Notes: generated from the sequence alone by a model not told the origin. A stretch of DNA of 64,000 bases from Octopus sinensis (GCF_006345805.1 NC_042999.1:108934001-108998000), one strand, 5' to 3'; positions 46,651 through 61,664 are shown, counted from the stretch's first letter. Numbers and translations: made by a program.

Positions 46651-49600
46651 ATTATTAATATTATAAATATATTTATATGAGTTTATATGTGGGTATAAGT
46701 ATGTTTCAGTGTATCTGTGTATAAATGTATATGTGTGTATGCATATATATGTCTGTGGGCAAATATATATACATATGCACACACACACACACACACTCAC
46801 ACAATTGGACATAGGAGATAACATGTTTAGTGCAGATGGAGTTGAATAAGGTGAGGTTGTTGTAGGATTGAGTGGGTTTGTTGAAAATAGAGGTGACTAT
46901 GGTGGAGCTTGAGTAGTGAGAAGTTGACAGAATTAATGAAGGAACTGAACTGTTTGAAAATGCAAGAGGTGGCATTACTACACTTGTACAGATACAGATC
47001 ATATAGGTTTTGGTTGAATCTTGTAAACTAGGAGAAAATTTGGACTCCAACAAGGCCAGTGAATAGTATCATATTATTAGGACCCTTCCTAGTACCTATT
47101 GCCACTCCAGTCATTAGTTGATAAAGCTTGTTAGCAAAGGGGAAATAGTTGAGGTACTAAGATATTTACATATGTACATGCATTCATACATGCATACATG
47201 CATGTATGCATGCATACATCCATCCATACATAGATACATACATATATATGTGTATGTGTGCATGTGAAAGTGTAAGTATGTGCATAACTTTTGCCAAAGA
47301 ATGAAAATGTTGGCCATAACTATGAAATATCAATGCTTTTTGAAGGATGTCCTCTGTTGACGTTTCTACTGCATCAGTTACACAGGTACTCTTTTCCCAC
47401 ACTACCATGAGATATGGTGTGAACCAGTTATTAGTGTGCTGGACACATTGTAACCAATATAATATTGTTGTTCACAAAGTGAGTTGTATGATAAATATAT
47501 AGTACATTCTCTCTGAAAGGTAGCACATATTAAGCTTGTTAGATATTGCTTACATAACCTCTAGAGTGAATGTACTAAAAAGGAAAAGTTATCTAAAATT
47601 ATCAGAGATATATTTAACAGGGGACCATAAAGTGTAGCTGCAGTTTGAGGTTGAATTTTTTTTGTAATATTCTGAATGTCTTTCATTTTCAATAATTTTC
47701 TTTTTCAAAGTGATAACTGATTGGTCATTTGTGTTTGTGATAATCTCTACACTTAGATTTTATGTTTCTTGACTGAATATCAATTTTGCACATTGCTGTT
47801 AACTCGCTTTGTGGTTTAGTTCTTAGAACCAGTTCAGAGTTTGAAGTCTGGTACATTTGTAAACTAATCTGCAGCAGGTAGGCCATGGATTCCTATAGGT
47901 ACATAGAAAGTATTATCTTGTAACATAAGTGGAAAACTACCATAATTAGTGAAGTAATTGAAACAAATCATATAATATTTATGAAGAGCTGTACAGTTGG
48001 TGATGTTGAAAATACTGGGGAAGCATGTTTTAAAAGTGACATAGTTATAATATTATTGATTATTTTGGATACTGAAAACAGTAAAATGTGAAAATGTTTT
48101 TGAATAAACATAAGATGGTTGAAGTGTTAACTTTTAACCAAAAGCTTCTTGAAATTGCTTAATTTAATTATATATTCTAAGACAATATATGAAAGCTACA
48201 AATTTCAAGAGAGCTTCCTAGAAATCATAATTATTTTACTCAACACACTAATAAATGAAAATCTAGTAAAATAAATATTGAAATTAACTTTAACTATTTG
48301 AAGAATCAAAATTTTAGAACTTAATTTTTATAACTGATGGGTTATTTTACACTTTTATTATTTCTAACTAAACTGTCAAATGATTACATTGGCAATTTGC
48401 TCAACTTTACATTTTGTATGGAAAGGATATTACTAAAACCACACATTTTAATAAATTATAGCAAGTACAAAGAACAAAGAGGTTATTGAGGGCAATAGTA
48501 AACTGTTGTGCATTGAAAAAGCAAGTAGATACATATTTTTTTTGTCAAAATTTAAAATTTCTTTGCAAAGTCTTACTTGACTTTGGGTTACTATTTCAGC
48601 TTGGATTATATTTTGAGTGCATGTTGGTTGTCATTTAGCACAAGAGTAATAGAAATTGAACTACAAAGCATGCAGCACATCCAACTTATGCTTGGTGGGG
48701 GTACCATATGAATGACTTTGAAATACTACTTGAGCTGTTCTTAAGTAACAAAACTCTACAAAGTAGATTCATTCAATACTGAATTTACTTGCTTGTTTTG
48801 GCAGTTTGGGTGGAATTGTATGTCAGCTTTGGGTAGCCCAACTTTGGATAGCTCAGGATTCCAGAAACAGTAATTTTATGTGAGAAACTATTGATGAATC
48901 ATTCTAAATGCTAATTTGATTAATCATTTTGCTATTCCTCTAAAGAACACTTTTCTATTCTTTGAGAAAAGATACAAAGTAGAATTGCTCTAATCCAATT
49001 CCTCTCACCAGGCATCTTGTAATAACTGGAATCTGAAAAATCTATTGATTGTAGTATAATTTTGAAAGGTTGTGTGAACAAAATCTTTTACTTTTGAAAT
49101 ATTTGATAAAATTTAAGATGTTCACAATATATTATACATAAAGCTGTAAGTTTAAAGGCAACAAAACATTCATTCACTGCAAACAAAATGTGATATCTTC
49201 CCTAGAAAATATCAAATGTTAGTTTTATTAAATTTTAGAAATTTGTATTCTGTTTATGTATCAAAATATAGGTCATAGAGGATCATTGATTGGGCAAAAA
49301 TAGGTTGTGGTATTAAAAGTTTGGGAATTGTTGATTTATGTGATTGCACTTTAAGTCATTTTCAAGAAATTTCTTAGGTACTCTAGTGATTTTATAACTC
49401 TGCAATGATCATCCTGAAGAACTCTTTGTAATTTTTTTCTGTTTTGCTTCAAGTTTTGCAGAATTTCTCTGCTCAAGTAAAATCAAATTTCTCTTCTTTT
49501 CTGCCAAGCAGAAATATATTGCAGCAGAGTGACAAATTTTGATTTATTGGTAGCTAGTCTTTCTACAATGGTGGCAATTTCAATGTTCTTCATTATAATT

Positions 49601-51654
49601 CTTGTTTCATTCTGAAAGCTATCAAGAAATTTTGATATGGTTCATGTTATTGCATGTACTCAACTTCAAGATTGTTTCTCTTTCCATGAAATTCTGCAAA
49701 ACTGCACAAACATCTCTTTAAAACTTTCTAGATCAGAACTTCTGTGACCTTAAGTAACTTGATTTTGTATGAATTGGATCTGGTGGTGTATGGAAACAGC
49801 TGATAAGCTCCTAAGTACTGTGCATATTTTCTTTTTATCTTCAAATTTTCTTATTGATCCTTGTAAAGTTGTCTGTTGTTTTCTCTATTCTATGGTAATA
49901 TTTTTGAAAGTGAAAATATCAAATTTTGTTTTGTTCCATGTTTCTCTTTGTCTTCATCATTAATTTTTTTCAATTTCTGATACAAAATGTAGATATTGCT
50001 TATTTTACTGAATAATCATAATACTTAATGAGAAACCTAATCAAATAAAAATATATTCAAGTGGCTTTAGTAAGTAACGATCGTAAGTATTATTAGTAAG
50101 TGACCTCAAAATATTTTGTCTTCCATATTATTTCAAAATATATAATTAAAAGAAGAAATTTGAAGAAAGTTTTTGCTTAAAAGTTAGAACTTCAAATATC
50201 TTCTTGTACATTTTAAAACATTTTACATATATTACTTTTCAACATTTATCGATTCTTCTCTCTCAGAAGTTATATTTACTGATTCTCCCAAATATTTTTA
50301 TGTATTAGTGTTCTAAATTCTCGAAATAGTTGGTGTTAGTATATAGTGTTTTGCTAATTATGATGTGATTCAATCCAATCACATATAACTTTTCTTTCTA
50401 CTACTTTTAATACTTGATATTTTAACTTGTCTTAGACCTTATATTTGATCATGTAAACTGAATGTCAAGTGATATTTTTTGTTCATTGATCAGAAGAAAT
50501 ATAATTGGACCATAATTATGAAATATCCTGTTTTATTAGATTTCGAAATGTTTTAAATTTCTTATGGGCTGATGAAGATTAATAGTATGGAAAGTAGGTA
50601 ACTGGATTAAGAAAAAAGAAAGAAGTTGGTTTCACATTTTTGTGTAGCATTTTGGTTATTAATTTTGTTTATTATTTTTAAATTGAATACATTTCATCTC
50701 AGAATTAAAAACATTAGAAAACAGAAATAAATATGGTTCATATTGATGAATCAATTTCAAGCAGAAGAGACTTTTCTGTAAATACATTTAAATTTTAAAA
50801 ACTGATTATGTATATGATTTTTTTATCTGTAAAAATAATTTAATCTTTTAGAATTAATCAAAATCATTTTTAAAGATTTGTCATTAAAAGTTCAGACCTA
50901 ACTTCAATAGATACTATTTTCATTTTTTGGTTGGTTTTGAAGAATTTTATTCTGTACATTTAGATTTGCAAATGGTTATCTTTGATATTTGATAATATAA
51001 CAAATTTAGTATGAAAAGTTTTTATCAATGATATTGACTATTCAATTTTTCTATGTTTGATTTATTGAATTAAATGAAATTAGTCAAAAGGTAAAAATAT
51101 TTGATCCTAAATTGTGCATTAATAGTTATGAAATATGAATCTAGATATTGGATAATTGCATATAGTGCAAATTCAATAAACTTAATCCCCCAAAAGATTT
51201 TTAGATGACAAAAACAATATTGATAATTTTATGATCATTTTTATACTTTTTTCTTTATAAACTATCAATTACTTTTTATAAGCTATCAAATATATATCGT
51301 ATAGTCATTTGTGTGTTTCTCATCTCAATTTTATGTATGACTATCCATCAAGTGGATGCTGGTGTATGACTTCTTTTAATGTAGGGAGATAGGTACACAG
51401 AATGAGAATATATTCTTAAAATACAGAGATGTAAGTTTAACAGTAGGAGTTCTATAATGATCAGAAATTCTGTCATTTGTAAATGTAACTATAAGAATGC
51501 ATATAAATCTCAGAATGTAAAAATGTAAATAAATATATGTGAAAATCATAATGATAAAGTCTAACTCCACTTAATTTGGGTATCAAAAGAGAAGGATCTA
51601 GCTTTTATAGATTCCATCACACTGTTTAATTTAACAATTAATATTTTAGTGTAC

Positions 51655-51785
51655 AAATTCTGCCTAGGTCAACTTTGTCTTTCATCCTTTTGGGGGGGAT
51701 GGGTCAATGAATTAAGAACCAGTTGCCTACTGGAGTCGATCTAATCAACTGGCCCCCTCCCCCAAAATTTTTGGCCTTGTAGAAA
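51655..51785 (+). mobile_element. 5'-truncated SINE family B flanked by repeated atattttagtgtaca
   Basis: The flank motif occurs at about 51641, 51790 and 51821. Confidence 0.75.
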
Positions 51786-51837
51786 AGAATATTTTAGTGT
51801 ACAGAAAAGAGCAGAAAAGAATATTTTAGTGTACAAT

Positions 51838-52400
51838 TATCATCATCAAGATCCCTTAACTTATGTAGCCAGTCATTGGGGCACATTGCCATTGCCCTTT
51901 GTTTTCTGCCATATATAGCAGGGTTACAGTTTGAAACCTATCTATTCCTTGATGTTGACAGACCAGGATTTCCTGTCTGCCTCACCTTTGGCCTCCTTCA
52001 ACTGTATCCTGATGGATGGTTTTGGACAAGGAGTTGTTGCAGTATATGTAACTATACCAGGCAAGCTTTCATCCTTTTACCTGCATGCACAGTGGTTCCT
52101 GTCTACCAGCATATTTTTTGACTTGCTGTCTGTCAAAGCTGTTTGTTTTATGTTCTGTGTATAGGATGCATAACAACCTTCTGAAGCATTTTTGCTTCAT
52201 GTCAGGATGTAAAATTCTATCTCTCTCATACCCATACAGAAGGGTCAAAGTCACTAGGAACTTGTACACTTTGAGTCTCATTGGAAAAGTAATGGAGTTG
52301 CTTTTCCATATGGTTTTCAACTTTATCATGGCAGCCAATGCCAAACAGTCTTGTTGTTATCTCTCTTTTTTTTTAGATTTGTTGTCCTTGGTTAGAGTGG
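51838..52400 (-). mobile_element. RTE LINE 3' fragment
   Basis: LKTIWKSNSIT...LKVYKFLV..TLLYGYE...KCFRRLLCILYTEHKTN...GRQEPL. Same family as 41225-41533. Confidence 0.88.
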
Positions 52401-55400
52401 ATCTTAGGTACTTGACGGTAACAATATAGAATTAAAATTCTGTAAGAATCCAATATACATTACTATTACATTATTTAAACCAGGCATTGTTTTATTTTCA
52501 TTTGATTTAATTTTTTTAAGGTAATAAATTCTATCAAATTCAATTTCAATGCACTAACCTTGTTTCAAGTTGTGGGTGTTTTGGATGTTTAAAAGAATAA
52601 TATCAAATTTAAAGTAATAGTAACACCACAGACTGTTTATTATGTTGATACATGTGAATCAGTTAGTATTATAGATGATATCATTTTGATATTGATATTT
52701 TTACTACTAGTATTGTTTACTGTCACTGTACAATATATATAGCTTAACTAAAGTCCAGAACTGGAAAAAAAAATCCTTTTTCTTTATACTCAAATTGTGG
52801 TTCTTGCATAACTTAAATTTTCAAACATTTTATAAATTAGCTTACATAAATTTACTTCAGTGTTGAAATATTTTTGTTTAGCCTTAAATCAACCCCAAAT
52901 GAGGCAACCTGTGATTAAAAGTATTTCTGCTGTGGACATTTTGTTTTTTACAAGGCAGAATAAATCCAGTACCACATTATCCAAGTATCCTTCCATTTTA
53001 AGATGGTAGGGTGTGATTTGAGGAAAAGTGGACTGTTATTTCTAGTAGGTGAACCATTTGCATACATGCTTGTTTATTGGGTTAAAGAACATTCTATTTG
53101 TTTTAGTAATTTTCTGAAATTGCACACTGTGGCTAGTCAGGATTCATTAAGGTCACAAATAGAGAAAGCAGAAAGAGTAAAAAATGATAGCATATCTTAC
53201 ATATACACATTTATACTTTTATATATGATTTCCATATATTAGGCTCAATTTATTGAATAATTTTATGGAGAATTTTGTGTTGCTTTAATAATTTATTTAA
53301 ATAATATATGTTATGCTCTTCATATTCTTTTCAAATATATATTTTCATTTAATCAACAATACTAGAAATTTTTCTGAGAAGTAGAATATATTTGCTTTTA
53401 TTAAATAACCTATCCATTTTTCCATTAAAATTGTGCTAACTATTGAAATAGGGAGATAATTATTTTTACTGAAAAATCAGAAAAGTAACAAAATAATGGA
53501 TATATTATAACATTTTGTATTCCTTCACATTCAAATAATAAACTAGTACTAAATTATCAAAAACAAAACAAAAATATGGTGTAAATCTTACAACATGCTA
53601 ATGCAATTAGAATTGAAAACAAGTCAGTTTGAACAGTTCCCAAATTTATATAGATATCTTTATTGAAAAAATGTTTTTAAAAACTTGCTGAAATATATCA
53701 ATTTATATTTCCATTGTTTGAAAATATGGATTTTTAAAATAAATTATTGCTATTTAGAAATTCATTTGAAATTTGATTTCACTCTAAAAGGAAACACTGT
53801 TTATAATAAATTTATTGCAATAGCTTTTAACTATGAAAGATCAATTGTCCCAGAATGTTTTTAAATACATTACAAATATTGTTTTGAAGTTTTTTTAGGT
53901 AGTTTTTCATGCAATTTTCATTGCTTGATTTCAAAATATCTCCTGATTTGATTAGTTTGACTTCTTGCCTGTTATTCAATTGTTAAAGCAGAAAAACTTA
54001 GCTAATTTTAAATAAGCTATAATGATTAGTGGATAAAGGTGTATCATTTATTACACTATCATCTTATGTAACACATTTTGTACTCATATATATGTAAGTA
54101 TGTGTTTTTGTGTGTACTACCTTAAACTGGTATTCATGTGTGTCTATTTAAGATACAATACAATATAGAAATGTCAGTTTAATATCCAAATGTATGATAT
54201 ATGGCCTCACCTTAAAAGCAATACATGCTACAGAATAATTGAAATCAGCATAAAAATTGCTTTGTGATTTGTCTCAGGTTTTATTTTTTGACCAGTGATT
54301 TCAGAATACAGATGATTTCAGGATATGTTTGTTTAGTTTAGTGTCTCTCACACCTCCAATTTTACATTCGAAGTTCAATTGATGTATGCTTTCTAGTTTC
54401 AGGAAGTGTTCCATATTTCCATATTCCCCTGTAAAGGGCTGTCTTAGCAGCATTATAGACCCCTGGGTTAAGTGCTGCACTGGACCCTATGGTATTTATT
54501 TATTGCCAGCATACATAGATTAGAATTGGGACCCTAAACTTGTAAGGCCCCTGGCCAACTGCCCTGTGTGCTAATTTACTGGACTATGCAATAGAAGTTG
54601 ATCTGTGATTTAGGAGTATTTCCTATATGCTCAGCATATAGGAAATTTCTGATATTTCTATTGATGTTGGCTAGCCACTGTTCTGCTATAGCCTAATCTC
54701 AGCCTGTTTGTATATGTATACTGCTTTCTAGTTATATGACAGAATCTGGGTGGTGGTGGTTCTCATCACTGCATGTCATTTCTTCAAGACTCCTCAATAA
54801 TGAAGTTTTCATTGACTGGTTTATAGAAAGTATTCCTCTTTTAGCTGCTATTTTGTGCTGGCTATTGTGCCTCAGTGACTGAAGTTGGAGTCAAGATTCA
54901 ATCAAGCTGAAAGAGTAGAAGGAAAGTGGTAAAACTAAGATTAACCCAAACTCAGTGATTAAACAAGGATGTTTGTTCTGCTTGCAGACCCACATTTCCA
55001 AAGAATCAACATCAGAGTGAAGCAGATGATGCTACCACATGGATTTCATGTACGTCTATGAAGGAAAGACTTAAACTAAGGGAAAAGGAAATAAACTTTA
55101 GATAATGGAAGAAAAAATTAATTCCTGATTATTAGTAGTTGTAGTAGCAACAATTGCAGGTCTCTTAAATTATTCAAGTTCAATTATATTAAGATTTAAC
55201 AAAAAAATTATTTAGAATCTGATGAAAATAGTAAAAAATTCTCTCAGATTCCTATAGCATAGGTTATCTAGTGTACACTAGTATCTTATCTAATTTTATT
55301 TTATCCACTTAATATGAGCATTATGACTTTTAAAATGACTGCTTTCTTTTATTATTGTATGTGAGCTTGAAAGTAAACAAATGTATGAAAATTCACAAAA

Positions 55401-57005
55401 TTTATGTAAAAGAAAGTAAAATTGGTTTTTATATCCTGTATTCAAATAATTAAAATGCAAAAAATGTACTTGTAAATTTAAGTAACAAAAATATAGGTTG
55501 CAATTTGACATCTTAAATAACAAAGATATAGGTAACATTTTGAAATTAAATAAGAAGCATTATGAGACCTTGAAGAGGATAATATCACTTTCATATGGGA
55601 AGTAAAGTATAAAAAGAACAGTATTCTGATTCAAAAAAGTAATTTGGATGTACATTTCCATTAAATATTTATAAATTCAAACATATTACCTATAATTTAT
55701 TATTTTACTTCTAACCAAATATCTAAATATCGTGTGATCTTTAATTGCAAACTGATTAAGGCAATTTGATAATCTTTTTGAAAAAAATTCCTAATGTAAT
55801 ATTCTCAATATTTATTTTAATGTAACTAAATTCTCAACATTACAAAGGTTGCAACCTAGAAGCTAAGATACTACTTCAGGGCCAGAATCTCTTTTGATAT
55901 TTTGGAGTTTCTTACTCTGTTTTCTGTCAATTATCCAGTTTTTATTAAAGATTTATATTTTAAGGATAATACAACTTTTTCGAATAAAGCATAAGATAAA
56001 TTGAATAATGAAGCCATTATATGATGAGAGAAATAATTACAAACAAGCTTTTGAATTGTTCACTGTTGAATTTTTCATTTGTCAAATAGCTTTATTGTTC
56101 CGATGAAGGCTGTTGTAAAATGGCTGAAATCAGTACAGTCATGCTTTTCATGACAAAAGCTATTCTTAGCACCCAGAATGAACAATAATTTTCTATAAAA
56201 CAATAAGAGCTATTGAAAAGAAAAATTATATATATAAAAAAAATTGTTTTAGAACATAATGATAAGTGACTGAAATATAGAAGTGAGAATACACTTTCTC
56301 TTGTTACATTGAATAGTAATACTTTTCTACTATTTTGGTTTGCTCACATTTAACAACCTCACTCAGATTGTTATTCATGGCTATTTTTTAAAATTCTGTT
56401 TTATATATTATGGCTGATAATGTAGTGTATTTGTAACCTGCTCATTTGTTGTATTATATATTATGAAAAAGAATGTTAATGCTAAAGAATTAATTTTTTT
56501 AATGCAATGAGATAATTTAAATGTTTTCTGATATATATGGAATAAATGTTATTATTAGTATTATGTTATTCTTTTTTATTATGTATGAAATAATTGTATG
56601 CAAAGTTAAAATGAGATATTTCATTAGTAAAATTTAAGTTTATATTTTTGACATCATAGTTATGTTTCCGAAAACATTTTAATATGAAAATAAATATGGA
56701 TAGGTTTATTATCTGGTTACATTACCTTTAGGCTATTTTCTTTCTGTGAATTAGATTTATTTTGCCTCATTTCATGGGAGTAATATTTCTCTTGTTAAAA
56801 ATATTGATTTATTACAATGGCACGAAGTTACAAATTTGTTAGGAAACAGGTAAAGTTTATTGAATCTAGATATTACTAGTAGTTATTTTGTTAACCCCAT
56901 AGGGATAAAGACAATGTTAAAATTGTAGGATTTGAACTTTGAACATAACATGACAAAATTATCCTGTTCAAGACATTTAGCCTGAAACTACTGATCCTGA
57001 ATTAA

Positions 57006-57208
57006 CCCTTTAGCATGTAAACTGGCTTTATATCTGGCCCAAATATTCTATTTATTCTATATTCAAAGTGACCACATCCAGCCTCTCACACCTATTCTAC
57101 CATGTCACTCTAAAAATAAATAATCACATCATCAAAATTTCAAAGCTACAAGATAATGCATGAATAAATAGGCATTACATTTGACAGAGTAATCTGAATG
57201 CTAAAGGA
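57006..57208. mobile_element. piggyBac-type MITE
   Basis: TTAA|CCCTTTAGCAT ... ATGCTAAAGGA|TTAA. Confidence 0.85.
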
Positions 57209-58449
57209 TTAAACTACACCTGTTTTTTATTTTTAAGAAAGCATTTGGAAATTGATGCCTATTTAAATTTAATATATTATGGTGTTAAATCATTATGATA
57301 TCTACTCCACATGTTTTAACTTTTTGAAGCAAGTGGAAAACAATAACTTTATTAACACAACCTACCTTAGGAACCTAAGATCAATTTAAAGTAGTTACAC
57401 TACAGTTTTTAAAGCCTTGCTTTTAAACATCTGTTTAAAGTTTCACAGAAAGGCTTTTGTAGTTTAACTACTTAAATTTATCTTAGGTTTGTAACTTTAA
57501 TATGTTTTACGGAAACAAGGTTTACATGATATACTTAAACTTATGACTTTGGTTTTGTCCATTTTATAAATATTGATTTAATGAAATAATAGGTTTGGTG
57601 AAAATGCTAAATGTTTCTTTCCAAAGTTTAAAATACACAGACAATTTATGAAACATAAGTGTTTTATGCCCTAGACATACTTTATGTAGTTTGAAATTAA
57701 AAGTATATGATAAAATTATCAATATATCTGCTAGTGCCCTCTATGTATGAAGTAAAACTATTCAAAAGTGAAAAAAAAATTAAGTTAATTAAGGTAGATT
57801 TTCTTTTTATGCTGGAAGTAGTAAAAATATCATTTACAATCAATAATATTACAAATAATGATCAGTGACAAAACAAAATTATCCTGAGATGTAATTAAAT
57901 AGTGTACACATTACTTGATAATAAGAGTAACTGCCTGTGTTCTGAGAAATTTATATTGGCCTCTAATTTAGTTAATTTTCCAAATTTGATTCAAATGTGT
58001 AAATTAGCATTAAAACAATAAACTTTTTCTTAAGCTTGTGATATTGAAGTATGCAAATAAAATAGGCATACATACATGAATATATGCATGTTTGCTTACA
58101 TATTCTATAGTTTCAAGAGATTACAGAATTTATGATGATATATAAGTTATAACTATTATTTCAAGCAACCTGAGAGTAATAATCTTCCAACAATAATTCT
58201 TCCTTTTCCACACTATATACAAAATAGAGATTTGAGGATTGTGAAAGATTCAGTTTTCGCACCATCAGTATCAATATGGTATGAATGTAAGAGGCAAGAG
58301 TTATGAACATTGAAATTGTGAAGGATGATGATGATAAGGTGAAATGGATAGCAAGGAGAGATTTAGTCAAAGACTTATTGATAGTAGCTGAAATACAATT
58401 TGTGTGTCACTTACAGTCCTTGCCCTTGAGAAATTTAGCAAAAACAATA

Positions 58450-58560
58450 TTTATACCCTCGATGTCAGCAAAGCATTCACCTTTGTCTGGCAAAAACTAT
58501 CCTCTTATGGGCTTCATATGTCTCTCATCTTTTGGATCAGTGGTTTTCTCTTCTTTTCAC
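58450..58560 (+). mobile_element. LINE reverse-transcriptase fragment
   Basis: TLDVSKAFTFVWQKLSSYGL...WISGFL resembles the LD.SKAFD.V.H...KL..YG...WI..FL RT subdomain. Confidence 0.6.
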
Positions 58561-59214
58561 ACCTACTGTGTCCAGCCTAAGCCCCATGTTAATCACTTCA
58601 CCCAGTCCTTCCTCAGAATGTTAGCTTCTTAAATTCCATCCCTGTTTTTCCTGTAGCTGTCAGTTTGTGTCTATTCAAAAATAATGTTAATTACTTTGAT
58701 CTAACTTTTCTTGAATATGCCTGAGAAAGCCATATTTGTAACTCTTTCCTCCATAATGGCAAATAAAGTGTTCTGCTGGTGAATACTTCTACTTGTGAAA
58801 TATTTACATAAAGCTGTTGGTCAACAGATTGAGAGCAGTAGTAGTGGAATGACCACTGGTCAAAAAGTTTCTTTGGTGCATCATTTAAAATTGTGTACTG
58901 TTACAGATGTAAAATGCTTTACTCATCTTTTTCATCATGTTTATCAAACATGGAATGTTATTTTTTCCAACAAAGGGCAAAGCTCCATAGTTCACAGATG
59001 TCTATAAAATAATGAAGTTTGGCAGATGAGTTTTGCCAAAGGAAATATAATTAAAAGAATAATTTTGGTCACAAATTTATTCTTGTTTTGAATACATAAA
59101 CAGAATTATTTTATTCGAAAGATAGTGTCTCTCTGGTGAAAATTTTATAACTACTATGATTTCTTTACTTTTAGATTTTCTTCTTTTTAAATAACTCATG
59201 TATTGTTTGTGAGT

Positions 59215-59754
59215 TAGGTGTCCAGATGTTAGGGGTGATATGGTTGCAGAAATTGTCTGACAACCATGACTGGATTCTCCTGTGTGGCATGGTGCAGAAT
59301 CCTGATGCCAGACATAGGGTCTTCCAGCAGCCACTCTCTTGACAACAGGGCGGCACTACCTTCTCCAGGCACTTGATACAGGCCTTTGTGTTGAGTCTGA
59401 GGCCATGTGGGAAGATGAATGGAGGCATAACGTCACTGTCACTAGTGATTATTCCAAACACCATGATGTTGACTGGATGTTTGATTTTTATCACTCTCAG
59501 TACATGTCTTCAGACTGCACTGTTCTCAGATTGACACCCAAACACTTTGAAATGTTTGTATTGGAGCTTCTGGCATGAACGCCAGTATGTCATTTCCAAA
59601 TTTCTGGCAGAGTGAATTGTGTCATGATACTGCTTTTCTCACAGATGGTGCCCAACTGACCCTACCATACTGTGTAGTTGATAAAATTAAAAACAGCAAT
59701 GCACATGCGTGAAATAAAAAAATATAGAATGGCAATTTACTCATCACACCCTGT
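59215..59754 (-). mobile_element. internally deleted Tc1/mariner DD37D-type element
   Basis: 5' terminus TA|CAGGGTGTGATGAGTAAATTGCC; KHP..IMVFG.ITSD.DVMPPFIFPHGLRLN...YVWHQDSAPCH. Related to 17555-18440. Confidence 0.85.
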
Positions 59755-59779
59755 ATATATAAATAAACATACATATATA

Positions 59780-59915
59780 GGCACAGGTGTGTCTGTGTGG
59801 TAAGAAGCTTGCTTCCCAACCACATATTTCTGTGTTCAGTCCTTTGGCAAGTGTCTTCTACTCTGGCCTTGGGCTGACGAAAGCCTTGTGAATGGATTTG
59901 GTAGATGGAAACTGA
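59780..59915 (+). mobile_element. SINE family A, 5' half
   Basis: Head and core homologous to 15908-16070. Confidence 0.8.
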
Positions 59916-60114
59916 AATGAAGTGACATTACACTAACTACATATTAGATTCTTCTTTAAATTTCTTTTTCATTCCAATTTTACCAGATATAAATATGCAT
60001 ATCGATGTAAGTATGTACATATACATATGTATATATGCATATATATCTTATTTATATTATTATATGACTGAATGCCACACATCCTCTTCTAAGTAAGTTG
60101 TATCCCATATAATT

Positions 60115-60149
60115 CATATATATATATATATATATATCACATATATATC

Positions 60150-60180
<31 letters not shown>

Positions 60181-60195
60181 ATATATATCATATAT

Positions 60196-60229
<34 letters not shown>

Positions 60230-60264
60230 ATATATATCATATATATCATATATATATCATATAT

Positions 60265-60309
<45 letters not shown>

Positions 60310-60589
60310 TATATATATGTATATATATCATATATATTATATATATATCATATATATATATATATATATCATATATATATATATATATCATATATATATA
60401 TATATATCATATATATATATATATATCATATTATATATATATATCATATTATATATATATATCATATATATATATATATCATATATATATATATATATCA
60501 TATATATAATATATATATCATATATATATATATTCATATATATATATAATATATCATATATATATATATATCATATATATATATATATA

Positions 60590-60620
<31 letters not shown>

Positions 60621-60738
60621 CATATATTATATATATCATATATAATATATAATATATATCATATATATATATATATATTATCATATATATATATATATAT
60701 ATATATATCATATATCATATATATATATATATATATAT

Positions 60739-60769
<31 letters not shown>

Positions 60770-60782
60770 CATATATATATAT
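60115..60782. repeat. ~670-bp (AT)n array punctuated by C (ATATATC-type units)
   Basis: Directly visible. Confidence 0.95.
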
Positions 60783-61457
60783 CATCATCATTATTGTTTA
60801 ACATCCCTCTTCGATGCTGGCATGGTTTGGATGGTTCAACTGGGATCTGGGAAGCCAGGAGGCTGCCCCAGGCTCCAGTCTATCTGGCAGTGTTTCTACA
60901 GCTGTATGCCCTTCTTAATGCCAACCACTCCAAGAGTGTAGTGGATGCTTTTTACATGCCACCTGCACAGGGGCCAGAAGAGGCTGGCAATGACCATGAT
61001 TGGTTCGTGCTTTTTACATGCCACCAGCACGGAAGCCAGCCAAAGCCATGCTGGCATCAGACACATTCAGATGGTGCTTTTTTGTGCCACCAACACGGCG
61101 ATCATGACTACAATTTCTATTTGATTTTGATTTTGGTGTACTTGACTCAATAGGCCTCCTCATGCGCAGCATGTCACCATACGATCCAAAGTACTTTTGA
61201 GTGTGCTGGTTATGTGACACTTTTGTAGGTTACAGCTGTGAACTCACTTTTTTTGCTGGGTCTTCTCAGTCACAGCATATCTCCAGAGGTCTCAGTCTTT
61301 CATCATTACTGCTGTGAGGCCCAACGTTCGAAGGTCATGCTTGACGACCGCATCCCATGTCTTCATGGATCTCCCTCTACCCTGGATTCCTTCAAATGTT
61401 TGGGAATGGAATTTTTTCACACAGCTGTCCTCGTCCATCCGTAGTACATGACCATAC
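60781..61457 (-). mobile_element. RTE LINE 3' end with family D 3' UTR
   Basis: YGHVLRMDEDSCVKK...EG..GRGRS.KTWDAVVKHDLRTLGL...LWRYAV.EKT, then the UTR and (GAT)n tail. Confidence 0.9.
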
Positions 61458-61513
61458 TAGTTATTTACATTATTTACAATTTATGGATATTTGTCCTCAT
61501 CTTGTTTGTTGCT

Positions 61514-61559
61514 AACACAACGTTTCGGCTGATATAACCTCCAGCTTTCATCAGATGTC
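61514..61559 (-). ncRNA. minimal type I hammerhead ribozyme motif, canonical core
   Basis: GACAU-CUGAUGA-A-AGCUG-(10 nt)-CAGCC-GAAA-CG-UU-GUGUU, with an A-C mismatch at the base of stem II. Confidence 0.75.
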
Positions 61560-61606
61560 TTGGGGAAATTTCAAACCTGAGTTCTCATTCCTAAAGTATT
61601 TTTCGA

Positions 61607-61664
<58 letters not shown>

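Noticed and set aside
47355-47382. Minus-strand CTGATGCAGTAGAAACGTC, hammerhead-like
   Set aside because: A9 and stem II are absent and stem I does not pair. A similar partial motif at about 11047-11065 was also rejected.
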